DNA from: Chara braunii
Taxonomy: Eukaryota > Plantae > Charophyceae
Length of the DNA stretch: 64,000 nucleotides
NCBI GenBank assembly: GCA_003427395.1
Contig: BFEA01000009.1
Location: forward strand, 5,442,467 to 5,506,466
Direction of reading: 5' to 3'
Below the pieces are notes generated by a model. The model did no database searches. It saw only the letters and a program-made list of their open reading frames with translations, and was not told where the DNA came from. A program made the position numbers and the translations under genes. How positions within the stretch are numbered: position 1 is the first letter of the stretch; each line of letters opens with the position of its first letter. Shown here in pieces: positions 12,023 to 23,982 of this stretch.

Positions 12023-12900
12023 CTTCCTGGATAAACGTGCTCTGAGCCTTGCCCCCCTTGAGCCAAATTCTTCGCTTTTCCCTGGGCCTTTGTCAACTTC
12101 AAAGGCTCAGGCTCCTCTTCCTCCTTTTCTTCCTCTGCTTGCACTACCGCTTTCTTCGCTTTGCCCACGGTCTGTGGTGCTGCCATAGTCTTTCTTGCTG
12201 CCTTTGCCTCTTTCTCTGCATCAAGTTGGGCAACAACCTCCTCTATCAGTTTCTTAAAGTCTCGCCCGTCACTCGTCGTGGCGTCCAAGGCCTTCCTTTT
12301 CTTCCTAGCCTGTCGCATTTGGAAGATATCCACTTGATCCAGTTCCCCATCTATCACGCCCTCTTTTATGGCAGCCCAAGTCAACTTCTTCCCCGGCACA
12401 GCCTTCTTGGTTAGCGCGGAGGCCTCCCAATTCTTGAAGTGCCCCAGGAAGGTTGCACACTATTCCTCTTTGGCTAATCCTGGGACCTTCCTTGCCATCT
12501 TCTCGAATGCCGTAGTGAAAGCCCCCACAGTGGAAAACTCATCGCGCCGTAACATTTCTAGGTCTGTTTTTGTTAGCAGACCATCCCCTAGCTTAAAACG
12601 CCTATGCATTTCCCCCTTGAACTTGGCCCAATCTCCCCCTGCTCCAGCAACCACCTTCATTACCTCGGGCCGGGTTTCTCACCAGACGTATCTGGGTAGG
12701 ATTTGGAACTTGTTTGCATCCGACACCTCGCCTGTAACCTGTTCCAACAACTCTAGCCATTTGGACACCCTTTCCTCTTCAAACCAGAAGATGTCAACCT
12801 TCGGTACCTGTAGTCGTGCTAGCTCTCTCTTCTCAATGGCCTTCACAAAGTCTTCTGGCATAGCTGCCGGGCCCCGCTCAATTCCATCTGCGTCCGACAT
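12001..12900 (-). pseudogene. gag of A (fragmented; knuckle region deleted)
   Basis: MSDADG...ERVSKWLELLEQV...YVW aligns with B gag (ERVSHRLELLEQV...YVWW). Starts about 320 bp after the PBS. Confidence 0.85.
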
Positions 12901-13216
12901 CTTTACCTCCCTTGGCCAACTAACCAATTAGAAAGGGAGGGTAGCCCACCAGACAGCTTGTCAAGTTCTAGGGGACTTGTCCTAAATCCTATCTAGCCGT
13001 TCCACCTCTATGTTTAGTCAGTCATTCTACTCTTAGTTACTCAAAGACTTAAATACAACCTTCAATCGCACTTCTGAACACTTAGTCTTGTTATTATATC
13101 CTACACAATCCTCTTATATAAAACACTCCAAACCGTAAGCTTTTGTCGTTTTGCCTAGATCATCAGCCTGCACTTAACCTGGGTTCGTTCTCTTAAGGAC
13201 CCCGGTAGGCAGCCGA

Positions 13217-13236
13217 GATCCCCGGCAACGACGCCA
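13217..13236 (-). promoter_or_regulatory. Primer binding site complementary to the 3' end of tRNA-Asp
   Basis: Minus strand TGGCGTCGTTGCCGGGGATC, 2 nt after the LTR end. One mismatch to the plant tRNA-Asp (Athila-type) PBS TGGCGCCGTTGCCGGGGA. Confidence 0.9.
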
Positions 13237-13238
13237 CC

Positions 13239-16200
13239 TGTCGAGCGCATCGGTCCCGCACGGGGACCCTCCTGGCCGCGTCACGCAGGATTATGCAGGA
13301 CTTGTCGCAGAGAGCGTTTGCCGCTCCGGCCGAGTGCGCCAGCCGTACCTCTCGCGGCCCCCTACGACAGGACAAGATCACGCGAGGCATCGCTTACCTC
13401 CACCTGGGAGTTGTCACCATCCCTTAGGTGGGCGTATCTCTGCCGAGCTACTGAACCACATGTGAAAGCTTTTCGTATGCAATTGCAGAGGTGGCCCAGC
13501 CGAGGGTGTTTCCCGTTCGCTGTAGCATAGGGGGTTACGCATGGTCGAACGCCCAAAATTCGAGCCCGTACGCGAATTGACGTTCTGGGGGGCTGAGGTC
13601 CCAAACACGACTCGGCGCCGGTCGACTAGGACGCATCGCACACACTACACATACACCACAACACGCACATCTACCCACATATAACTTACGGAGATACACA
13701 AAACAACACACGACGCCACAACACCACAATACTCCTAGTCCCCTCAGTATCCGATCCATAACTTTATGCTGCGAAACTCAGATAGGCATTGCGCGCTGGA
13801 TTTCCGTATAAGTATTGAGCGAGCGCATGACCTCCTCATATCAACCAGCCATGCGGGCATACGCAAGCACTCGCGCTGATGGGGTACTATGTGGTACTCA
13901 TAACCTCGCGGCCCTTGGTAATCTCGAGGGTCGCGTTCGACACTCGAGTGTCGGCTGACAGACGCTTTGAGGGGTAATCTCTCGACGTCAGACAACCGCC
14001 ATGTGCGGTTGAAGACCACACTCTCTTCTGCACCCTGTGTAGAGGGGTTGAGTAGACAACTTTAAGTTGCCGTGACGCTAAAATATCAAGGGGTTTGACT
14101 TTGACGGCTGCCACAGACTACAACGTCCAACCATGAAAATTCGAAAGAGGAACTTATCCCAACTCGTACGGTTTGGTGGCCTCCTAAAATAAAGGGGGTA
14201 GGCGGACGCAAACAAAGCGCGCGCGGAGGAGACCCAAAAATCAGACCCATAGGCTACCCGATGTCCGGGATAATGAAGACCCGTACACGGACTCCCATAG
14301 GTCGACTGAGATTGGTAGTTCGCTCATGCGTCGCTTCGCGATACTGAAAAACCCGAATCTATTAGTCATAACGCGCATTGGTTCTCGCCGCCCGACCCAT
14401 AACTTTAGTGCGAGAATCGGTAAGTGTTGCGCGTGCGGATTTAGTATAAGATCGCGCGGAAGCAGGACCTACACATACCAATTTATCATGCAGATCTACG
14501 CGAGTGTCCGCGATTGACGGCGCATTATGTGGTGCCCATACCCAAATGGCCTCTTCTGAGCCCTGGGGTTGTCTCCGATGCTCTAGCGTTGGCTGAAGTG
14601 CGCGCTAAGGGGGGTAAGCCTTTAGCGGGCGCAAAATCGGCCTGAGGGCCTTACCATCTTCTGCACCCTAAGGTGTCCCGAAGGGCGCGAGGTGAGATGG
14701 TCCCTAGGGCAGGAAGGAATTCAGAGCGGTGGTAAGTTGTCTGGCGCACCACCAGCGACACGCCAACCCTTCCGCCTGGAACTTTATCGTTCCACCAAAA
14801 TAAACCCCAACAAGGATGAAAAATGAATACTATTGACATTATCAAAAGAAACGCCGTCAGGGCTAGGCCTAGGCCCTGGGCCGTCCTGGATGAGGACCTT
14901 GAATTCCAGGCTTGGAAATAACATCCTACCATCTGGTCGGCATTGAATAAGAAAAACGTGGGCGTGCGGTCCCATAGCCCTGTGAGGGTTACCCGAGCGT
15001 ACACATACGTAGATTATCACATTATCTGAACAGGAAAGGAACAATCTCACTCAAACGAGAGGGTGTGGGGTAGTTCACTCTCACGACAGTTATGTGGTTT
15101 TGCCCATCTGAATCCTTAGCAATATCACTCAACATGAATCGATCGAGACTCTTCCACACATACCTGCAATCACATCACAAAATCAAGCAAAGATCCACGC
15201 ACTACACGGAGTCAACTCCAACCACTCTCTATACTCNAAAGATCCACGCACTACACGGAGTCAACTCCAACCACTCTCTATACTCATACCCTTTGTTTTA
15301 GCCATGCAAGCCCCAACCTCCNGCCAACCAACCATAATTAAATACTCAGTACTTTTGTTTAATGACCATTCAATAAAAGTCCGGGTGAAATCATAACAAA
15401 ACAATAAAAATCACCAGGGCTAAATCCTGTTTCGGTTGAGTATTGAGAGTGAATTAGGGTTGAGTCGTAAACTGACGGATCAACAACCGACCTGTCATCA
15501 GTGATAACAGCAGGGTAATCCTTTTGTAGGAATAGCCTGATCAGATCAAGCCTTCAAGCGAAACACGAAAACCTGCATCACAGTACAGGCCAAAGGAGAG
15601 TACTACTTATGTTTCTGCCAGAGGAGAATACTCCCCAAGTCATAGCCCAGTTCCTCTACTAACCTTAGGGCCAGCTCGCCTTGCTAGTTCTAGGTCACTG
15701 AGTATCTCCTCTAATCAGGATAGGCCTGCCAAGTAGTCCTTAACTGAAATATATTCTAACTCCCCAAATTCTACGAAATTTCGGCAACGCTTCGCGCAGG
15801 AAAAGTGCCTTCTCATAATTTTTATGAGCTCAAAATGACTAACTCTTTTCATATTTGTAGAAATTTCGACAGCGCTTTCCGTAGGAACAGGGGATTGTCA
15901 AGATTTATACAGAGCTGAAAAGATAGAAAGGACAAAACGACTATACTTGGGAGTAACTTCTGACACCTGCTCGACGATCGAGGATCAATGGCAGTCCGCA
16001 CAACTTCTAGATGAGGTTGTGAGCTAGCCTTGATCCCAACTCTTAGAAGGGCCAGCCCTATCTTCATCCCAAGTTCTCCCTCCCATCATCCATTTGATCT
16101 ACCTATGGCTCCGACACTTGGCGAGCGTCTAAGCAACCAACCTATCGAAAAAACGCCCCAACATGAGAGCCCACAGGCATACATAAACATACATCGCTCA

Positions 16201-19200
16201 CAGTCCCACATCATTTTGCCCAAGTAGTTCGTTAGATCATTCAGTTCTTTCCCTTAGTAAACCCCCTCACTTATGGCATAGGATTAGACAAGGCCCTAAC
16301 TTAAGGGTATGCCCAACCTCCCNTTCGTTAGATCATTCAGTTCTTTCCCTTAGTAAACCCCCTCACTTATGGCATAGGATTAGACAAGGCCCTAACTTAA
16401 GGGTATGCCCAACCTCCCTATGTAAACAAGTAAAGCACGCACAACTTGACTGCCCTAACTTAAGGGTATGCCCAACACTAGATAAACTCTAGTCATAAAA
16501 CATATGACCAGACCGCCCTAACTTAAGGGTACGCCTGACTTCTGCTTGAACTGACGACATGAAGCATAAACTAGACTGCCCTAACTTAAGGGTATGCGTA
16601 GTTAGCTCATAGACAAATTTACGTAGGGCATAGGATTTGGCTGCCCCAACTTAGGGGTGTGCCTAACCTGCCTAAAACAAGTACGAACGACGAATGGTTA
16701 GACCGCCCTAACTTAAGGGTACGTCCAACCTACATATCATCAACGACAAGAGCATATCACTAGGCGGCCCTAACTTAAGGGTACGCCTAGCTAGCTTAAA
16801 CAGTTTAGGTACATAAGACAGAGTCTGCCTGAACAAGGTACAAACGACGTATGACTAAGCCGCCCTAACTTAAGGGTATGCTTAGCCTCCGTAACGACAA
16901 TATAAGAGAATGACCATTGATACATTTGCACAAACTTTATATTTTTCTCTCTTATTAGGCAGAGGATCAGACCTACCCAACTTAGGGAGACATTCAACCC
17001 TGCCTTGTGTTTAGAAGGGAAAATAAAACAAATTTATAACATTCAACCCTGCCTTGTGTTTAGAAGGGAAAATAAAACAAATTTATACTAACTCTCTGCT
17101 CCTTTGCATTATCACGAGCATAGAACTGAACCGCCCTAACTTAAGGGTACGCTCAGCTTGCCCTGGTTACCTTCATTATATTCTTCATTTGCCTTTCTCT
17201 TTACTTTCTTTTACCTGACTTATTGACTGGCTTTCCCAACTTAGGGTGCCCGGCCTGCCAGAATATAAGTTCATATAATATATATCAAATCTCTATATTT
17301 TGGTTGTTTTTTTTATTTATGGCTTATGACTGAGCTGCCCTAACTTAAGGGTATGCTCAGCCTCATGCCTGTGTCCCCCTCAGAAGAAAACATACACAGA
17401 CCTGGGTCTATGCAACTTAGAATAATCCCAGTCTTGTTTTCAGCAACCCACAAAAGAAACATCAGGATTCTGAGCCTTCCAATCTTAGGGCGCCCATCCT
17501 CCTCTTTAGAAACCCTAGAAAAAAACAGCGACTGGTCTGTCCAACTTAGGATAGACCCAACCCTCAAGATCATACCGTCAGCCCAGCAAACATAAATAAA
17601 CACAACACTGAGCCGACATTAACTTAGAGGAGTCCATCCTTGGGTTGGCCCAGTCAAACACATGCAAACACCTTCATCCTACTTTCCCCCAGCTCATTTT
17701 GCCCGAGTTCACTCAAATTTTATCTGAGCTCTCATATGTACATGTTCATTTAACCTTTCACAATACATGTCCTGACATACCTAGCAAAACAGAAGTAATA
17801 TCCTTACATAGTTGTATTTAGATACCTAGGGGATAACAGTTAGGGGAAGGGATCACACGCGTCAAACGAGATTATACATGACGTTTCCTACCTCCAGAAC
17901 TCCGCCTGGGCTCCGGCAGAGCTCCCGCAATCGGTGGGGCAACCTCCCACAGAGGCCTTGGCGCGGTCCTACGGGTTTCAATCCTGCATGTCGCCTTCCT
18001 CCCGTAACCTTAGACTAGACTTAGAATGAGAAGGATAGAAGTAGAAGATTCAGGCTCTCGAGATCCAAGGGAGGGACAACTCAACTCACAGTGAGAGGGC
18101 CTCGGAATTTGAACTTTCTTGAGGGCCCCGCAACGGCGGTCAAAAGAACGCAGCAGAAGACGACCAGAACCATGACCGGAACCCTATGCACCAGTCCCCT
18201 GGCAGACCTCCAAATCACAGCAATGGACCCTCCTTTTCTGAGCTGGATCCTTCCTTCAAAATCACCACTCTCCCCTCTGACCGTACTGCCATCACGCAGT
18301 CTGAAAATACTACGTTCGAATAGAGCACACCCCCGTGCTCTATCCTGACTCGGGGCGCACGCTAGAATTACACAGCCCTGGGCCAAACAGCAGTGTGCAT
18401 AGCAGATGAGCGCAGCAGCAACCCAGTGCAGCAATGCTCAGTCATCAGTTCCAGAAAACCCAGCACCCGTGCGCAGAGAGAGGCCGCTGTGGCAACCCAA
18501 CTAACCACGCTAAAACAAGGAATGCAGATCGTAGCCCCCCCCCAAAAAAAAATACCGGCGGTGTCCAGTTGTAGCAGAAATTTCGGCGTCTCGAAAACTC
18601 CGTTCTTAACGCTGCGTTATGCAGATCATAGTAACGCCGCAATATACACAGCAAGTGCAAGAGCAGAGTACAGTAGTCACACTCAAGTAGTCGCACCCAG
18701 CTGCAGGCTCAACAACTTAATATGGCACTGCATTGCGTAGCAGCAGTCCTGTCAATGTTGACTCTGGCGCCAAATCCTGTGTTCCCTCCTTGTACGGTGC
18801 CATGTGCCTGACCAACGATCTTTCAGTCACCCTCCTACTATGTATAGTATTGAGGCACTGCCGTTGTCCGTGGCAGCACGCCACCCCAACAATAGGTAAT
18901 AGCAAGGGTACAGTAGCTCGGGTCGGCAGTAGGGAACAAACCAGCGAGCAACTGCAACTTCGCTTTGTAGTGAGAGTGCAACCATGCTTGGCAGCTAACA
19001 CAGTCAGGCCACCTTACCATTGCTCCCTCTTCATTTGTACAACAGTCTCTTTGAGAACCAACAGATTGCTACCATTTAGTAATACAACGTCTTTCTGTTC
19101 AGAAGAGCGGAAAGATACAGCCTACCGTTAGTAGCGGGAATAACCGGTAGGTGTTTTAGCTGTAGCAGTCCGCAGCAGCTGCAGTGGCCTATAGTAGTGA

Positions 19201-22200
19201 CCTGAACAGCAGCGACCACAACCACTCCTTGAAATAGAGAAGCGGTACTTTACTTAAGAGAGCAGCAGCCGGATCCTAGCGAAAAAGTGACACAGCCCCT
19301 GACAACAGCCTTTTCAGGTGTTGTCTCACGCAGTCAGATAACCCAATTAGTAGTAATCCCTCGAACAACCCCCCCTTACGAGAGTCTCCAAGCCAAAGTA
19401 GCTGCCATATTTCTTGAGACAGTGATGACAGCTCATTCGAACGTCAGTGAGGGATTTATTTTCAGAGCACCGGCAGCCAGCCGTGATACCCAGGCTGTGC
19501 TTCAAAGGTACAAGCCGCACTTGGCTGTAGTCGCGGTGGCACTCAGATACATGGTAAAGGCACTATTGTCCTCTTCGCATAGTCGGCATAGTCTCCCCTT
19601 TACCAGCCCCTCTCTCTTATTCGCTGTCATTAACACATGAATGTTCCTGGCTGCTAATACGGCCAGGTTCGATCGGACACTCAGGTCTCCTGTTGAAGAT
19701 TTTGGTCCAAATAAAACTACACTGATGATTACAACTGTCTGGAAAAACGAACCCTGCCCCCCCCAAAAAAAGGGAAGAAAAAAAGGAAGAGAAAAAAAAC
19801 AAAAACGAACCCCCACTTAATGATGGCGTCAGTCAGAGTAATCTTGCTCAGCATGGCTTTCTCAAAATAGGTGATGCCAAGGCAGCACAAGCTCAAGTAG
19901 CACGGCTACCTCCCGTTCGATTTGAGGATGAACTCTCCACTGAAAGAGAGATCAGGCACTTTCTTCCACCGGAGGCAAACACGGCAAAGAGCAATAGGGC
20001 CTTGATACCAACCTTGATGGGCACGATGGCGATGAAGTCGTCATGACTAAGGCAAGCACTCCATTGGCCACGCCCGTGATTGACAAAAAATAGGCCGCTC
20101 TTCCCATCGAGTATCAACAAAAATCACAACTAACAACTTCGAAGTGTGTACGGTGGTGGCCTGGCGAATGCCATGATCACTAGGCTGGCTGCCACCATGA
20201 GCATTACCCAGTCAGATGCAGTCAGGACCGCTGCCAGCTATACAGGCTAAATCACGATTCGTTCTTACAACCCATGAGAATGAATCTCCCCCTAAAACAC
20301 GGGAAGATACCTTCAAAAACAACTTTAGTCATGGGCGCAGCTCCCGCTGCTCACACTTCCCAAACTATGCACCTAGTGCGGAATCCACCACAGCCATTCA
20401 CTTTATAATGTTCCAAAACCTCCAGTTAGCATTTTACCCCGTTCGATTCCGTGGAGGAATGTGCGAGATATTAGTTTTTCAGTTTCACTGGTCCTCTTCT
20501 CATCCTCCTCGACTTCTCCACGCACCAACTTCTCTCCGTTACTCCTATTCTACCAACCCATACGCCAGACTAAGCCCACCACTCACTCCGTCTGACCCAA
20601 AAACTACTACTTTACACCTCTCCCGACATAATCTCACCAAGAATCGAGCATGCTGTAACTTGTCACGCCCGCCATAGTCTTTTTTCACCATTTCCTTTGC
20701 TGAATGTATCTGGCACAAATCAGCTCCATCTTCATTCCCTTTCTTTCCTGCCCTTGCTACCCTCGTGCTTCCTGTCTTTCTCTTCCCCCCTCAGCCTTTG
20801 AATGCCCCTGGCCATCAGGTAAGTATCCACTCCCCGCAAGACTACACACACGGAGATGAAGATGTCATCCTTCAAACTAAAAACCCCACCTGACTCGCCT
20901 TGCCTCAAAACCTCAAGTTAGCACCTTCCCCTGCCAAATTTCATTAAGAAATAGGCACGCTGTAACCTTTCACTCTTCCATATCTCCTAGCTCCGACGTT
21001 GTTTCTGAACTTTTCTCCCTCCTCCTTCGAATGCACCTGGCGCGAAACTGCGTCCAGGTTCATTCCCCCCTTTTTTTGTATCTGCTGCTTCCCTTCTCGT
21101 GGTGTTGCGCTCTCTTGCACTATCCCCCTCCCTTCTAATCCTTTCTCCCTCTCCTCCCTACTGCCATTCCCCCAGTAGTCCACGCTGCCTTCCCTTCTCC
21201 GACGGCACTCACAATTAGCAAGCAAAAAGAGACGATCCTCTTTATTTATACGGGCCAGCCTTGTGCAGGGGCAGGCTGTATTGTTCCAATTCTAACGGAT
21301 GTCTCGAAGGACTGTAGCACGGTAGCGGTATCTCAGCAGTTCGTGGATGTATCCACCGAACTAGGCTTGCTGGTTTCACGGCCGATGTTGAGACCGGTAC
21401 CGGACCACGCCTCTCAATGGACTTTCAAAGTAAAAAATAAAAAAATAAAAAATAAAAAATAAATTAAAAATCTAGGAAGAGTTATGAGACAGTGGACTAG
21501 GGGAGGAAGGTCGTTGGTGCTTGGTCCTCGGTCCCCCCTCCCGAGCCCGTGGTCACAACCCCCCGCAAAAAGCCAAGGGAGATAGTCCCACGGGACCCTC
21601 AACCCCTCGGCTCACTCCAGTGCGCTCCTCCGCTGCTCCACTGCTCGCGGCTGGCCTCGATCACAGGATCCACATGGTGAAAGTCCAATACTGTACCCTA
21701 TAGGGCTAAGCCCAAGCTTGGACAGGCTAGGCGCTTCCCTATATGTGAACGGTTCGGCCCGCCAGCCTAGGCCTATAGCATCACCCTTAAGGCTGTTGCT
21801 GCTAACTTCCCCGCTCAAGCCCACAGTTTTGTAGGCGTGTCTCAACGTTCTCACACGCAGGCTTCCACTCGGCCTGCCATGCACGCGGCCTCGTAGTATT
21901 ATTGCCAACAAGCTGGGGCTTACCCCACGCTGCTTCTTTCTTGGAAAGCCGCTTTTCTGCCATCTCTACGCCGGGAAGCCCCAACCTCTACTATGATCCG
22001 CGCCACCCTTACTAAGCTCTTGGCGGCGCTGCCTGCTACCGGCGGTGCATGGTCATCCTGGTGCCTGCGAAATTCCTCCCAGTGCGACCTCGAAACGCGA
22101 GTCCCCAGTAGACAACATCCTCCTCCAGTCACCACCTTACCTGGTCAACGCAACGCTGCCCGTAACTTTGCCCGTGTGTGCGAGGTAGCGACCGCCTCAG

Positions 22201-22409
22201 AGACTCTAGTTTACTCTTACTTGTTCTACTGGCATCACGTGTCTCCCTCGACCCGGGCTCGGTCAGGCTAGCTCATGCCCACAAAGTGCACGCTGACACA
22301 CCCTCTAATCAACACAAATGGGACGCGCCCCTTGATATCATCAGAAGCGGTCTTCCTGTAATCTGCAAAAATGCGCCCAAATACCCTTGTAAGGGTGTTC
22401 GGGCCGACA
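13239..22409 (-). repeat. 5' LTR of element A, 9171 bp
   Basis: Termini TGTCG...CGACA, abutting the PBS. The right part repeats 1-2862. Conserved blocks are colinear with solo LTR 45087-52975. Confidence 0.9.
16275..17630. repeat. Array of about 13 hairpins, core GCCCT-AACTTA-AGGGT
   Basis: Loops at 16298, 16457, 16520, 16583, 16648, 16710, 16772, 16867, 16979, 17138, 17238, 17342 and 17543. The copy at 16394 is an N-flanked duplicate. Confidence 0.92.
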
Positions 22410-22929
22410 ACATATGCCCGAACTTACCTTATGGAGGAAAAATTTGGGTATTGTGAAAAACTAAAGGAGGAAGTACGCACGGGAATCTGCGTGGATGGTA
22501 TTCCCGCCATGTTATGCTTGGTCTATAACTTCTGGTCTGGGGATTGGTAACGGTAAGTGAAATTGAAGAAGAAGAGAGAGAGTTTGTATTCCAAGAATGA
22601 TAGGAAATAATGTTGAGATGATAGGAAAGCATGAGGGACAAAGAGGGGAAGATGAGGAAGCTGAAGGAATACATTTACCTGCCTAAGTTGTCAGGGGTGG
22701 AAGGAGTAATTAATGAGTAACTGAGAGGAAATAAGGGTATGACATAAAGAGATAGGAAACCTTATGCTAAAAACGTTCATGTCTCGAGTAGGATTAAGAA
22801 AGAGAATAGAAAATTATTAACTATAATGGAAAGGATATGTTGCTACCAAATAGGACTTATGCATAAGTATTGTGTTTTTTTTTTTGTCTCTTCCTTTTGC
22901 ACCACTCTGGCCACCGGAGATCGCCCAAA

Positions 22930-23706
22930 ATGTCGTACGCCAATCAGGGATTTGGGGTTGAGCTACCTGTTCATACTCGACAAGGGTTGAAAATGTCATT
23001 ACCTCGAGGCCTAAGTGAACGGGAAGAAGAAATCACCGCATGGTGGGGCACCTCGATCCGGCCTGAAGCGTTTATATGGGCAGAAATTGGGCACACCCCA
23101 GATAGAGAAAGTATAATAGTACGAGCAACCTTGTATCTTTCGTCGCATCTATGGAGGATGCATGGGGTAGACCTGGCAATAGGACATAGTCAACCCCTAT
23201 CACGATACATCTTAATTGCCGGGAAAGTCCTTGAGGACAAAATCAGAAGGACAAGATGGGGGGAATTCCGACCAGTCATACCAATGATAGAAGCGAAGTG
23301 GACATCAGATTTTGTGTATCTCACCGACTATATAGTAGTCACTCTTCCGGACTTCATCATTCATGAAGTTTTCAAAGGACACGTGAACGTGGAACAAACA
23401 ACTTTGGCAACCCTAGCGGCTCCTCGGAGAGGATGTGAATTTTCCAAGCCTTAGACCCTTTATTGCCTATATTTGGAGATGGGACCAGAGTTGGTTAATA
23501 CGGACTTCGAGAAAATCCTATCCACGGTAAATGCTTATCTCCGTGTCCATTTCATGGAGCTAAGGCAAACGTATTGGGAAAGACTAAAGGCGGAGCTAAG
23601 AATCAAGGCATGCGTTGACGGTATACCTATAATGTTTGGGATGGTGTATAACTCATGGACGGGAGATTGGATGTCCGCCGAAGAGATTGGAAGGGTAGAG
23701 TGGTAA
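22930..23706 (+). pseudogene. Unknown ORF (about 258 codons) upstream of gag in B, one internal stop
   Basis: ORFs 22870-23454 and 23473-23706 are in the same frame, separated by a single TAG. ATG at 22930. Composition looks globular. Confidence 0.6.
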
Positions 23707-23982
23707 AGAAATCCGGGAAGATGTCTGGAGCCAATCTCATTTTGATCTTAAAATGACAGAGAGGTCGGCTCGGATATTTAAAACATAGTAGGGGTACTAA
23801 TTAAAGGCACATAAACTAGAAAGGTTAGTGGGTGCCAGTTGGTGAGAAAAAGAAGGTAGGAAGTTATGGAAAACAAGTTAGAATTGTAGGTTCAAAGAGT
23901 TTGGAATAACATCTTAGGGAAAGGAAAAAACTAAAAAGGAAAAAATAAGACGACCGATAGTAACCTGAAAATCCGTCATTGA

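Larger units (their letters stand above)
1..22409 (-). mobile_element. Ty3/Gypsy LTR retrotransposon 'A', decayed; its 3' LTR runs off the left edge of the window
   Basis: 1-2862 is a direct repeat of 19996-22409. PBS lies next to the right-hand LTR. Gag-PR-RT-RH-IN order on the minus strand. Confidence 0.95.

Noticed and set aside
15188-15286. Exact tandem duplication of about 49 bp
   Set aside because: Copies are separated by an N at 15237, so it is probably a contig-join artefact.
16228-16418. Exact duplication of about 95 bp including one hairpin
   Set aside because: Separated by an N at 16323; a likely assembly artefact, not counted as an extra unit.
16294-17355. Telomere-like CCCTAA/TTAGGG in the hairpin core
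   Set aside because: Not tandem, broken in variant units and absent from the equivalent C array.
16275-17630. CRISPR array
   Set aside because: Eukaryotic LTR context, no cas genes, irregular spacing, and the flanks pair with each other as stems.
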